Below the pieces are notes generated by a model. It searched no databases and was not told the DNA's origin. It saw only the letters and a program-made list of their open reading frames with translations. This document shows positions 1-15,000 of a DNA stretch of 64,000 nucleotides, piece by piece. Numbering within the stretch: position 1 is the first letter of the stretch; every line of letters begins with the position of its first letter. The position numbers and the translations under genes are program-made. This DNA comes from Octopus bimaculoides (taxonomy: Eukaryota). The DNA is taken from positions 96,251,235-96,315,234 of the forward strand of contig NC_068987.1 of the NCBI RefSeq assembly GCF_001194135.2. Reading direction: 5' to 3'.

Positions 1-246
1 ACACACACACAGAGGAGGCTTCTTTCAGTTTCCACTCACAAGGTTTTGGTTGATCCAGGGCTATTGTAGAAGACATTGCCCAAGGTGCCATACTGTAGGA
101 CTGAACCTGGAACCATATGGTTGGAAAGCAAACTTTTTACTGCACAGTCATGCTTGCACTTACATATACATATTTAAAAAAAGAAAAAGATAATGAGAGT
201 AAATCAGAAATTAAAAGTTAGATGAAAGGAAAAGAATAATACATAC

Positions 247-372
247 TTGAGTTTTCGACATGTGTGAGCAAGATTGTTATGGAGGGTTTCCCATTTCTCT
301 ATTGTAATCTGGTTACTTACACAGCGGACCTTCTCTAAGGCATCCAAGAAATATTGCTCTGCTGTAGTATAA
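247..372 (-). CDS. CDC16: CDC16 exon 14 (YTTAEQYFLDALEKVRCVSNQITIEKWETLHNNLAHTCRKL)
   Basis: 126 nt; ttgcag acceptor, gtatgt donor; the gene continues beyond position 1. Confidence 0.95.
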
Positions 373-3195
373 CTGCAAGAAAACAACAACAATAATGAAA
401 ATAATACAGTTCTATATTTAAGAGATGAGGAATTATGTACATTATTTACATTTGATGGATATTTGTCCTCATCTTGTTTGTTGTTAACACGTTTCGGAGG
501 GTATATCAGCCAAAATGTTGTGTTAAGAACAAACAAGATGAGGACAAATATCCGTCAAATGTAAATAATGTAAATAATGAAAATGATTGTTATGAGTAGC
601 ATCATTTCATTGGTTGTTCAATGTGGTTGAACAACCAATCTCAGCCAGTCAGGGTTCACAGCATGGGTTGTACTATTTGTCCTTTTGTTTGCTGAACGCA
701 AAACTTTGCTTGAGAGACCTGTGGTCAGGTGATTTTTCTGAGTCACCATCTCATCCTTGTATGCTAATCTGTCACAAGGTTACCCGCTAACAGCTGAGTG
801 AACTGGATCAATGTGAAATCTTTATCTTCTATCTTTTATCTGTTTCAGTCATTAAACTATGGCCATGCTGGGGCACCACCTGAAATTTTTTTTGTTGAAT
901 GAATTGACACCAGTACTTCTTTTTAAGCCTGCTACTTATTCTATCGGTCTGTTTTGCCAAACTACTAAGTTGTGGGGATGCAAACACACCAACACTGGTT
1001 GTCAAGCAGTGGTGGTGGTGGTGGGGGGGGGGACAAACATAGGCAGAAAGACATGCACACACAATGTACTTATTTAATCAACCCCAAACGGATGAAAAGC
1101 AAAACCACCACCACCACCACCACTTTTGAAGGGAGGAACAAGTTGATTATATCAACCACAGTACTTAACTGGTGCTTATTTTAGCAACTCCAAAAGGATG
1201 AAAGGCAAAGTTGACCTCAGCAGAATTTGAACTCACTATGTGAAGATCCAGGAGAAATACTGTTAAGTATTTTGTCTGATATACTAACAATCCTGCCAGC
1301 TCACCACCTTTGAGTGAGGGACATAACAACGTAAGTGAATGATAGCACCAAGACAAGTTGATATAACTAAAATAAACAATGGTGGATACAGTCTTTGACT
1401 CAGTAAATCAAATTGTTTTACATTTGAACTGATATAATTATAAGTGTACTTACTCCTGGTTCTGGAAAGCAATTACTCCCATCTCATGAAGAACAAAAGG
1501 GTCTTCTGGAGCAATGGTCAATGCTTGACTAAAGAATCTTTCTGCTAGTTTAGAGTTGTTGGTCAAACCATACTCCAAGCCAATGTACAAAACAGGTAGA
1601 TGACAGCTGGAATGAATTTTATTTGAAAAGCATCAGAATAAATAGAGAGAGGGAAGAGTGTTTGAAATTGAGATATAGTGGTTATTGACACATAAATACT
1701 CAATGTTTAATTTCTGTAAAAATCACACAAATTGTCATCAACTGATACAAATGTAAAAGTTCATCCCCTTCATTTCACATTACAAACACCAGGTTCACAG
1801 ATCAATACATACAAGTACACTTGAACCAAAAAATCAACTTGGCCACTACCACCACTACCAAAGATTAGAAAATACTAGCACTCAAGGTGACCAATACAAA
1901 AACACTCTGTTCAAGAGGAACATTAACTGTATCAATCTCATCAGTCTTGGAGGGTCTGTGTTGCTATGGGTACAACCCCCTCCTCTGGATCAAATCAATA
2001 GAAAGAAAAACAATATACAATATACTTATAGCATCCTGACTCTATATATATATATATATATATATNNNNNNNNNNNNNNNNNNNNNNNNNNNNNNNNNNN
2101 NNNNNNNNNNNNNNNNNNNNNNNNNNNNNNNNNNTATATATATGTATGTATATATATATATCATCATCCTCTTTTAATGTCCATTTTCCATGCTGGCATG
2201 GGTTGGATGGTTTGACTAGAGCTGATAAGCTAGAGAGCTGCACCAGGTTCCAGTCTAATTTGGCTTGGCTTCTACAGCTGGATGCCCTTCCTAACACCAA
2301 CCACTTTACAATGTGTGCTGAGTGCTTTTCATGCCATTGGCAAAGTGCCTATTACGTGGCACCAGCATGAGTGCTTTTTACATGGCAAGAGCACAGAACT
2401 CTTGCAGGCCAATCCTCTTCAACAGGGGATGCTGTCTCAACATTTCTACTGTGGAGGATGGGTCTTCTTGAGTACAGCAAGGCACCAGGAATCTTGATCC
2501 TTTGTCATTTGTCCAAAATATATATATATTAAATCTATATACAGGGGTTGGACAAAATAATGGAAACCCCTAGTGTTATTCAAATGAAAATTACAATCAA
2601 AAGGGAGAGAACTGAAATTTCAACTGACTAAAAATAAATTTGAGACATGCAGAGAGAGAATTACAGGTCTAGGAAAACTGAAACAAGTCCAGAATCATCA
2701 CTACATCTATGATAGATCAGGTTCACTCCTCTTGGGTTATCTTCATATAATTTTGGGTCAATTTAAATTCTCTCTCATCCCCTTTTTGTTGACTTAATTT
2801 TTATTGCGAGCGCTATAACATCGCTAAGATGAACATAACTGATGTTTCAGTCAAGTCAACAGGGGAAGTTCTATGTTGTAACTCATCCTCCTAGAAATAG
2901 CAACCAAATATTTCTCCAATCACAGAAAGGCATTAAAAGTATAGTTTTAGCTATACTATCTTTTATTTTCTACCTGTTTCAGTCATTTGACTGCAGCCAT
3001 GCTGGGGCACAGCTTTGAAAGGTTTCAGCTGAACAAATTGACTCTAGTGCTTGTCATTTTTTTAAAGTCTGGTACCTATTCTATCAATATCTTTTTGCCA
3101 AACTGCTAAGTAATGGGGACACAAACAAGCCAACACCAACTGCCAAGTAGTGGTGGTGGTGGGGACAAACACAAACACACAGACATATACATACA

Positions 3196-3251
<56 letters not shown>

Positions 3252-3505
3252 AGGATTTATTTTTCGTAATGAGAAAAAAAACCAAGGCTGTGTGCATTTA
3301 TAAATGTTCTATAATGCAACACAGCCTTTTTTTTTATCTCCTTACGAAAAATAAATCCTTATATTCACACACTGATATATGACCTACGTTGGACCCCTTA
3401 TTCGCATAATCACCGAACCTGGAGCTTAACTGTGGTCTATCCATAGCACTTACTCAGCATTACCTGAAACCTCTGGGTCTAATTGACACTACTATCGCTG
3501 ATAAC

Positions 3506-3537
<32 letters not shown>

Positions 3538-6500
3538 CACAGGCATCCAAGAGCTTCCGTCTACCAAATTCACTCTCAAGGCATTGATCAGTCCAAGAGT
3601 ACAGAAGACACTTGACCAAGGTTCTGCATAGTGGAAGTGAACCTGAAACTATGTGATTGCAAATAAGTTTCTTAACCACACAACCATGCCTGTCCCAATT
3701 CTATCTGGAAGGAAAAAAAAAAATGATCATGGCTGGAATGCATTTTAACCACAGGATAATTTTGTTGTCATCAGTCTTGGATCAGGACTGATAACTGTCC
3801 AAGAATGCAGAAGTGACCAACACAATTATTACAAGTTACTGACCCTTTCATTAGCTGGGATGCTGTAAAATAAGCTGCCATAGCTTGGTCATGCTCTTGG
3901 TCTACTGCAAATGAGTGGCCGTATGCTAACCATGCTGGGCCATACATACGGTCTAACGTCGTAGCTTTCCTGAAAGAAGAGATTATACATACAAAGTTTT
4001 ATATACAAATATAGATTTAATTAACATATTTATCCATGTATATACCATATGTACGTTTTCCCAGATGTTTATACCTAAATATTAGGGATGCACATTATAT
4101 GAGAACTAAACGCTACCCACTTAATGTGTTGCCATATTTTTCCTGTCAAGAGCATTGGAAATAAACTACATTTTCCAAGCTAAATGAAGCATAATAAAGA
4201 GTTCAAAATTATTAAATAATGCTACATTTTCCTATTATACTGATACTATTGGGTAAGAAAGAAAGTCCTGTTGCATTTCTGACATTAATCATTTTGAGGC
4301 TACTTTTTCAATACTAACAGTAGAATAAGCTTTAACCTATTACATTAGCCATACCAGACACTGCATGTTGTGTGAATTGAAAAGAGGTTCATTAGCAATG
4401 GAAGCAGCAAGAAATATTTGTTCTGTCTATAGAAATGAAGCTTTAAGTGTCTGGACATGCCAACAAGGATTTGGCCAGTTTTGCTAGGGAAATTTTTCTC
4501 TCACAGACTCCCCTCAATCAGTATGGCCAAGTTCTATCAATACTGAACTTCTGAAAACTGTAGTTGAGGAAAATCTAAAGCAAACTGCACAAGAATTAGC
4601 AAAACATTTCAATTAAAATCACACGTCAATCATAAAACACTTTTAAGAACTAAGAAAAGTGTCTAAACTTGGACAGAGGATCTCTCGTAATCTGACTGCT
4701 TCACAGCTTAAGAATCATTCTGTGCTCATCAATGAAAAGTACACTCACTACAAAACCTTTCCTAGGTAAAATCATTGCAAGTAATGAAAAGTGGGTTTGT
4801 AGCAATTATATCGAAAGAAAATGACAATGGTTAGCACCCAATGAGAAAGGAAAAGCTATCCTCAAACCAGGACTACTGTTGAAAAAGTTAAGTTCTATGT
4901 TTAGTGGGATATGGAGGGTGTCATCCATCATGAAGTGCTTAAAATCAAACTGAAACAATTAATGCAGAGAAGTATTGTCATCAACTGGAAGCATTGCAAA
5001 AAAATTTTCAGAGAAAAAACACCCATTAGAGGTCAACCATAAAGAGTGTGTTGCTCTTATATGATAATGCATGACCACATATTGCCCAAGCAATCAGGAA
5101 AAGTTTAATGATACTAAATATGAAAATTTTGCCGCATCCTCCTACCTTACCACATATGACTACCATTTTTATCAGACCATTGCAACATTATTTAGAGGGG
5201 TTGGCGTTAGGAAGGGTATCCAGCTGTAGAAACCCTGCCAAATTTAGATTGGAGCCTGGTGTTGCCATCCGGTTTCACCAGTCCTCAGTCAAATCGTCCA
5301 ACCCATGCTAGCATGGAAAGCGGACGTTAAACGATGATGATGATGATGAAGGGGTCAAAAATGATATTGAGTGTTTCTTTGCTTTGAAACATGAAGAATT
5401 TTACCCATGAAGAATCAAGAATTTGCCAAATAGATGGGATTGTATTACCAATAATCATGGGGAAATATTACCTTGATTAACTATATCAATAAAGACCAGG
5501 GAAGTATTTGTTTCTTTCCCATCCTGAAATACAACAAAGGTTTCTTTCCGGCCTAAGATATTACATATTTGGGACAACTGGCAAAAACATGTCTCAAGGA
5601 ATTACTATTGTCAAACTCCAGGATGGAAGGTGTCTTGCAAACAACTTGCACATGCAAGTGCTACCAGTCGAGAACTCCGCATACCGGAAGCCAGCAAATG
5701 TATGGGGTCATCAGGAGAGAATGAGCGCTGTTTCGGGGCCTACCTCTTGACAGCATCAATGCACACTGGCTCCCCTCACTGATATGAGGTCCTGCTTGCT
5801 AGATCAACTGGTGATTAAATATAGCTCAATATTTCTCTAGCTATCGCACATCATCTTTTTTAACCAAATCCAGTGGCTAGCCTTCTCCACGGTAGTTTGG
5901 ATATCGGTCATGATGGTATTTACCTTTCGATGAGTTAGGCCTAACGATAACAACAGTTGTCTCTATGTACCATTATGAACAATGAGCAAAACAAAATAGC
6001 ATGCAAGTGTGAAATTTTAGAGGATATCAAAGATAACTCACGTTAGATATCTACGTGCAGGTTCATAGTTATTTATGAGCAAATAGTAGCAGCCAACAGA
6101 GAACCAGGCCACCTAGAAGTGAAAGAAATTGTTTTAAAAAATGATTTCAAGTATAAATGGTTGACTGGGTGAATAGACATCTCTTCTAGTGTCATCTTTA
6201 TATTTTGAGAAGGGAAAGAAAATCCCAAATACCATGCTATGTAACCAACAGACTGGGAGAGTGATAGAGGAACATAGTACTTATCCCTATAGGGATAGAT
6301 CTCTCTCTCTCTAGCTTTTATCTTTTATTTCTTTCAGTCATTAGACTGTGGCCATGCTGGGGCACTGATTTGAAGAATTTTTAGTTGAACGAATCGACCC
6401 CAGTACTTACTTATTCTATTGGTCTCTTTTGCCAAACCGTTGAGTTACAGGGAGATAAAGAAACCATCACTGGTTGTTAAGCCACACAGACACACAAATC

Positions 6501-6914
6501 CACTTACAAGGCTTTGCTGAATAAGATCTGACAGGATGATCATGAGTTGACTGTCTTTTAATCATAGACCTGCTCAATGAAAGTCATATGAGGCTAAACA
6601 GCAAGAGGCATAGAGAAAGTGAGTGGACAACGAAGATAATGCAACGTGCTTGGATTCTCACGCAATTCCCATATAACAATAACATAAACACCTTATCCAC
6701 TCAGCCACTTATTTATACTACAATGATAACTCACAAAAGAAAAAGTCAAAGTAATTCACACCATTTTAGTATTAAGAAAGCCATGTAAAACAAGCAAAAA
6801 TACTTACTGGTTTAGTAGGATAGAGATCTACCAGTTTATGGGATAAGTAAAATAGCTCTGCAAACAAACAAACAAACAACATATAAACATATGAGGATTT
6901 ACATTTTTAATACA

Positions 6915-6947
<33 letters not shown>

Positions 6948-9900
6948 CATATATACAAGTAAGCACATAAATGCAAAAGAAGGTGGAAAAAAACAGTACT
7001 CAAATACTGAAGGTAGAGTGATTTACAGCTTTAATAGAAAAAAAAAAACATACATACATACATATGTATACACATATATACACGTGTGTGTGTGAAGTGC
7101 AAATCTCTAATTTTAGAAGGAACCTGTGGAAGAGGGTAAATCCAGGATGAAGTGGAGAGAAAGGATCTTCAGACATTGGGCCTCACAGAGGAGATGATAA
7201 GAGACTGAGACTTCAAGCGATATGCTGTGCTTGAGAAGACATGTCAGGCTAAGTAAAAATTGTGACCATCCATACATACATTTGTCTTTTACAGCCAAGC
7301 CTCCCACTCCTTCTCTGTGGAAACGTCCTTGTCTTTGCCTTCTGAGTTTAAAAAGTGCCCAGGTCAACACTACTTTCTGTCCTGCCAAGATCAGTTAAGT
7401 AATCACTGGTGTTGATGTAGATGTAATTGACTATTTATTAGAAGATGGTGCCCAGAATGGCCACAATCACAAGGGAACCTCTAAACAGTCACTCAACATG
7501 CTAAAAATAACAACAAAATCTGCACTGTCTCACATTCCAGTTAATTTCAATTTTGTACCATCTCATTAGAGTTCGGAAATGGGATTTACCTATTTTATTA
7601 TTTTCTACTCTAGGCACAAGGCCCAAAATTTTTGGGGAGGGGGCCAGTCAATTAGACCAACCCCAGTATGCAACTGGTACTTAATTTATTGACCCTGAAA
7701 GGATGAAAGGCAAAGTCGACCTTGGTGGAATTTGAACTCAGAATGTAAAGACAGACGAAATACCTATTTCGTTATTGCCCACAAGGGGCTAAACATAGAG
7801 GGAACAAACAAGAACAGACGAACGGATTAAGTCGATTACATCGACCCCAGTGCGTAACTGGTACTTATTTAATCGACCCCGAAAGGATGAAAGGCAAAGT
7901 CGACCTCGGCGGAATTTGAACTCAGAACTTAACGGCAGATGAAATACCGCTAAGCATTTCGCCCGGCATGCTAATGTTTCTGCCAGCTCGACGCCTTATA
8001 ATTTACCTATTTTATTGACTTATCAAAACCAACATCTTTTTCACCCAATTTTATATCTTTTACATATTTCAATCATTGGACTGTGGCCATGCTGGGGCAC
8101 TGCCATGACCCTAGTACTTACTTTTAAGTCTGGTACTTATTCTATCATTCTCTTTATCCAAACCACTAAGTTACAGAAACATAAACAAACTAATACTGAT
8201 TGTTAAGTGGTGGGAGATGGACTAGACAAATGAAGACACAAAACACACACAACAGACTTCCACACAGTTTCCATCAATCAAATTCACTGACAAGGCATTG
8301 GTTGGCCGGTGACTATAACAGAAAATATTTGCCCAAGGTGCTTCACAGTAGGACTGAACCCAAAATCACATGATTACCAAGCAAGCTTCTTAACCACACA
8401 GCCATTCCAGTGTCCAATGTCCATCATCTATTTACATTATTGCTATGAAGTGGCTGGAGACAGGAAGAGTATCCAGATACAAACAATAAAAACATAACAT
8501 CACCATCAACATTTAATGTCTGTTTTCTATACTGGCATGAGTTTGACAGCTCGACACAAACTAGTAAGGCTAGGGGCTGCACCAAGTTCCATAGTCTGTT
8601 TTAGTTTAGTTTCTGCAGCTGGATGCCTATCCTAATACCAACCACTGAGCAGAGTGTACTGGATGCTTCTTATGTTGTCCCAGCACCAGTGCTTTTTGTG
8701 TGACACCAGCACCCACACAAATGCTTTTTACATGGCACCTTGAAAATGAATGGAATGCCTGGTGTGTGTCTTGTTGTGGCTACCCCCTCTTATGAGGTAT
8801 AGGCCTTGGTAAATGTACCTTGGTTTCAGGATATCAATTCTGTTGTGGTGGGTGGGTCTTCTTGAGCACAGCAATATGCTACACATCCCTGTCATCTATC
8901 ATCTCCTTCATAAGTCTCACCGTTTTGAGAGCAGCCTTCAGTACTTCGTTAGTTGTGTTCCCTGTTGAGTGACTCAAATAATATGTGGCAAGCAACTGTA
9001 CTGGAGCAGACCCAACAGACCCATGAAACCCATGCCAGTTTGGAAAAACATGTTAAAATATTCATCATGATGATGTCTATATTAATGTTAGCATACATCC
9101 GTGTCCACTAACCCACTCTTTAAAGTTCACACATCCTTATGTTTTTGTAAATCATAGACTTGTCAAATATAATTTTCACTCACCATTTGACTTTTTTAGT
9201 TCCACTAAGACTGCAATGTGTAAAGGAAGACACAAACTGTTGTAGGGATCTTTCTTCAAAACACTGAATGAAAAAGAAAGAACAGAAGAGAAAGTATATA
9301 AACTACAACAAAAGGAAAATAAACTGTATTGCCGATACTACAAGGCAAATTATTGATGTAGAATGGGCATAAGATGAATTGCATCAACATAAGACTATTT
9401 TCTTTGTACTTGATTTACTGACCAATTTAACCATTTAGCATTCAGATGACTATCAAATGTAATCACCACCATCATCATTATCATCGTTTAACATCCGCTT
9501 TCCATGCTGGTATGGGTTGGACAGTTTGACTGAGGACTGGCAAGCCAGGAGGCTGTACCAGGCTCCAATCTGATCTGGCAAGGTTTCTACAGCTGGATGC
9601 CCTTCCTAATGCCAACCACTCTGAGAGAGTGTAGTGGGTGCTTTTTACATGCCACCAGCACGTAAAATAATGTTAATTTATATACATTATTGGGGTTTAA
9701 TCATGTATTATCTCATAGCTTTGAGATTTTGATGAAGTGATTATTTTTAGAATGATATTGTCATGTAAGTGGGAGAAGTTGGTTCCAGCTTGTTTGGACA
9801 TAAAACATATAGGATATTTTAACTGGATATAGCCAGTTTAAATGCAAAAGGGTTAAGGAAAACAATGCACTGAATTAACTCTAGATGTCAAAAACAACAA

Positions 9901-11966
9901 TGTTAAACACATGCTGTGAGTCTTGATTTTCACAGAAAAGTGAATGGATTTATTACTTAAAAGGGCCAATTATTCAAGTTGTTCAAACAACTAAAACAAG
10001 CACTCAATGAATTATGATGTAAGTGGCTCACTATACCATAGTGTGTTGGCACTCCGTCGCTTACGATGTTGAGGGTTCCAGTTGATTCAATCAACAGAAC
10101 AGCCTGCTCGTGAAATTAACGTGCAAGTGGCTGAGCACTCCACAGACACACGTACCCTTAACATAGTTCTCAGGGATATTCAGCGTGACACAGTGTAACA
10201 AGGCTGACCCTTTGAATTACAGGCGCAACAGAAATAGGAAGTAAGAGTGAGAGAAAATTGTGGTGGAAGAGTACAGCAGGGTTCGCCACATCCCCTGCCG
10301 GAGTCTCGTGGAGCTTTTAGGTGTTTTCGCTCAATAAGCACTCACAACGCCCGAAACTGCGAGTCCGCTGCCCTAATCACTGGGCCATTACGCCTCCACA
10401 CTATACCATAGACACTTAATGTAATCTTCAAACAGAATCAAAGTGATACCATATGTCACAAGCCTTAGCTCAGCAGGCTTCCCTGCAGTTTTTGGCAACT
10501 TATCTTCATTCACATGACTTTGATTAATCCAAGACTATAAATAGAAGACTACTGCTCAAAGTTTTGCATGTTGGTATCAAACTTTGAATCTTCTGATTAG
10601 AAGGAGAACATCTTAACTACTCAACCTTACCTTATTTTCACTCATCTACCACTGACAATGGTTGAACTGGCACAACAGAGAAGTAACAAATAAACTACAA
10701 CGCGTTTTACCTATGAGTGATGTTGTAACAACGAATGAAATCACAGTTGTAATAATGACGTTCTGCAAGGTTCACTTCAACATCTAAATTGGTGGTGAAA
10801 GCTTCCAGTTGGTTAGGGATGTCCAGCTGCCCTGGTTTGTTGTACTGAAATCACAGGTAAATCAGAAATTTCAAACATGTATAGCACAAAAAATACACTC
10901 AAGGTAATCAAACATATGACACAACACAACAGCACACACACACACAAGAAACAAAAAACAACACACACTCATAACAACTACACCAGAATGCCTACCTTTT
11001 TAAGTCGGTTTTCATAAAGAAATTTCACAAGGTCTCTCTCCTCTTCAGGACATTGATGATTAAATGGTAGTGATTCTAAAAGTTCCTTTTCTGGAGAAAA
11101 AAAAGAGAAAAAAAATTACATGAAATACTGTCACGCATTGTAGTTTCAATAAGGAGTGATGTGAGTTCAGTCTCAGGCAGAGAGGTAATAGTACTATGTT
11201 CTGAAAGTTTGAGTGGGAGTATTAATTAATGGCTAGTAAAAGAGCGTGGTCTAGTTGTTAGGGTGTTGTACTCATGATTGCAAGATTGTGGTTTCAATTC
11301 TCACACTGGAATGTGCATCGATCTTTGAGCTAAACACTTCATTTCCCATTGCTCCAGCCCATTCGACTGTAAATGAGCAGCCTGCAATGGACTGGCATAC
11401 CATTCAGTGGGAATGTTGGGATTTTGGTCACTTATATGCCCCAGATAACTAGGTAACAGGTCCTATACTTCCTAGGACATGAAGCAGTAATGTCCAGGAT
11501 TCTTATCTATAATAATAAACATGAAATTCTGTCTGTGTGTCCATCTGGGACCCCTGTATCTCAGTCTACATTTGCTCTACATAGACATATACCTTTTTGA
11601 AATCAGGATGATCCCAGGATTGAAAATCTGCCCTTCATTTGGTTCTTGAACATCCAGCATTGGGATCAGGTCTAGATGAGTATTCGTTATATGCTAACAG
11701 TTGAAAATTCAAATTTTAAAAGAACTCCTGAAATTTGTGAACTTACAACTTTTTCATTTAAACTGAATTTAAAGTAACACCATATTGGTAGGGTACCGAT
11801 AAATGCTTTATTATTGATGCTCTGTTTAGTTTTGGGTCACAGGCCCAATTAGCACTCCGCGGGAGCTAGCTTAAAAGTCCACATGGAGTATGGCTTTTAA
11901 GTTAGTGAATGGATAAGACAATGGTATGACTCAAAGAGGTAGATGCAGAAAGATAATGGAAGGAGA

Positions 11967-12009
<43 letters not shown>

Positions 12010-15000
12010 AGAAGGTGATAAAATGGTAGGAATGAGAAGAAAAGACAAGCAAGAGATAGAAGCATACTAATAAATATACAGAAATACAGCTTACAGTTTT
12101 ATCAACATATGTTCTGTCACAAGAGAGAGAGAGGTAAAAGACAAGGAGTGATAAAAGAGAGAAAGAGAAAGAAGGAAAACATAAATGAGAAGAGAGAAAA
12201 AGAAAGATGGAATAACTACCTTCTTCAGCTGACAACATATGATGAGCAACTAGTCGATCAAATGCTTCAAAGCAATATATATCCTGATTTAAAGCCATCC
12301 GATAATAATCTGTTGCTAAGATACGGTTGTCCATGGCTTCGTATATCTTGCCACGTAGTAAGTTTATACAGCTTTCCATCTGGCACAAAAAAAAAAAAAA
12401 TAAATATATAGAAATCTTCAGACTTTGGATGTATCTCGGACAGAGAAGAATCTACTAGAGAAGCTTGAAGTACAGATATCATTAAGAAGCACACGAGCTG
12501 TGCGCATAAGATGCAGGACTAATGATCCCAGAGACAAGAGTTATTAACTTCAAAGTTTTACTATTATTACACTACAGTCAAGTCACTGTGATGTACCTAG
12601 AGCAAGAAACATAACTGCGTGTATCAATTTGCTATCTGACACACATCACATACTTAATTCTCAATTCATTATGTGTGCATGTACGTTCCTATCTATCTCT
12701 CTCTTTCTGTGGTTAGAACGTCAGGCTCACAATCATGAAGTAGTGAGTTCAATTCCTGGACCAGGCTCTGTGTCGTGTTCTTGAGCAAGACACTTTACTT
12801 CATGTTGCTCCAGTTCACTCAACTGTAGAAATGAGTTGCGACATCACTGTTGCCACGGTAGCGTGGAGATGGGAAGCTGGTACTCATGGGTGACTGCTGG
12901 TCTTCTATAAACAACCTTGCCTAGACTTGTGCCGCAGAGAGGAACTGTCTAGGTGCATCCCATGATCATTCATGACTGAAGGGGTTTTTTACGTTTATAT
13001 ATATACATCTTTTGTTTTTGTTTCTTTTCTTAGTTGTGTTAGTCATTAGACTGTGGCCATACTGGGGCACAGCCTCGAAGAATTTTTAGCCAAATGAATT
13101 GACCCCAGTGCTTATTTTTTGTTAAGCCTGGTACTTATCACATTGGTCTTTTTTGCCAAACACCTAAGTTATGGGGATGTAAACACACCGACACCGGTTG
13201 TTAAGTGGTGGTGGGGGACAAACACAGACACAAAGACACACGCACATTACATACATACATATATATATGACGGGCTTCTTTCAGTTTTCATCTATCAAAT
13301 TCACTCACAAGGCTTTAATCAGACTGAGTGCCGCTGGACTGGCTCCTGTGCAGGTGGCACATAAAAAACACCATTTTGAGCATGGCCGTGCCAGTACCAC
13401 CTGACTGGCCTTCGTGCCGGTGGCACAAAAAAGCACCCACTACACACTCGGAGTGGTTGGGATTAGGAAGGGCATCCAGCTGTAGAAACTCTGCCAAATC
13501 AGATTGGAGCCTGGTGTAGCCATCTGGTTCGCCAGTCCTCAGTTAAATCGTCCAACCCACGCTAGCATGGAAAGCGGACATTAAACGATGATGAGGTTAT
13601 ACAAGAAACTTGCCCAAGGTACCACACATCAGGACTGAACCTGAAACTATGTGGTTTTGGGTTCAGTTCAACATCACCTTTAGTATATGTTTTCCACTAT
13701 AGCTCTGGGTCAAATCAAAGTGTCCCTTTGTCTTGACATCACATGATAGTCATATAAGAGTGTCATTCATTTCCAATCTTTCATGAAAATATGTCCGACC
13801 AGGGGGAAATTGGTACTTTGCTTGGAAACAGGAAGGGTGCCAGCTTTAGAAAATCTGCCTCACTGACCTATGAAAGCATGAAAAATTGCAATGAAGCAGA
13901 AAGAGGAGAGACAGAAAGAGAGAGAGAACACATCTGAGTTAACAATTGTAATATGTTTCTTTTGGATATGGTCAACAATAACTGAAGAATTGAAAATATT
14001 CTTTAAAAAAAAAGAGAAAAAAAGAAACAAGAAAAAAAGAACACCAACAACTCACGTTTTGCGTAGACATACTCAATTCTGACATATTTGTACTTTGGTT
14101 CAAAGTCTTATTGAGGAATATTTTTGTCTGATTAGAATTTTGGTCAGATAGATTGATGATGTTCAAAGCTAGCTGCCATTCTTTACATTCATACTGAAAC
14201 AAATTAAAACACATGATGTTACATTCTCCAACCTCCTACTTTCCAACATCAACTCAGACTAAACAAGAGAGCTTCTATGCAGTTTCATGACCTGCTACAA
14301 AGAGCAAGCAAATTGTCTCAAACCACATCCCACCATCTTCAAAACTGGAATATAATAATGTATTAGACAATGCAGGACAAAAGATATTCAAAACAAAATA
14401 ATAAGACTGGAAGGTCACAAATGGAAGAGCTTTGACCATAGGCTCAATCACTAACTTTAATTTCTTTAGTTTATCAATATTAAAATCTCACGGTGGATTA
14501 GTGTGGTTAATTAACAACATTAATGTGGAGGCACAATGGCCCAGGGGTTAGGACAGTGGACTTGCGGTTGTAGGATCGCGGTTTTGATTCCAAGACCAAG
14601 CGTTGCGAGTGTTTATTGAGCGAAAACACCTGAAGCTCCACGTAGCTCCAGCAGGAGGTGGTAGTGAACTCTGCTGTACTCTTTCACCACAACTTTCTTT
14701 CTGTTTCTGTTGTGCCTGTATTTTAAAGGGGCCAGCCTTGTCACACTCTGTGTCACGCTGAATTTCTCTGAGAACTACATTAAGGGTACACGTGTCTGTG
14801 GAATACTCAGCCACTTGCACATTAATTTCACGAGCAGGCTGTTATGTTGATCAGATCAACTGGAACCCTTGTCGTCGTAACCGATGGAGTGCCACGATTA
14901 ACAACATTAATGTACAGTCAGATTTTTACATATGAGGTGGTATCAAGAAGTTCCCAGACTAGTTCTGTAGTGTGTCAACAGATGGCAGCACACGGTTGCG

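Noticed and set aside
315-320. GTAAGT inside CDC16 exon 14 as an alternative donor
   Set aside because: Weak exonic context (TGT|GT); use would remove conserved TPR residues and shift the frame; it is explained by Val-Ser codons
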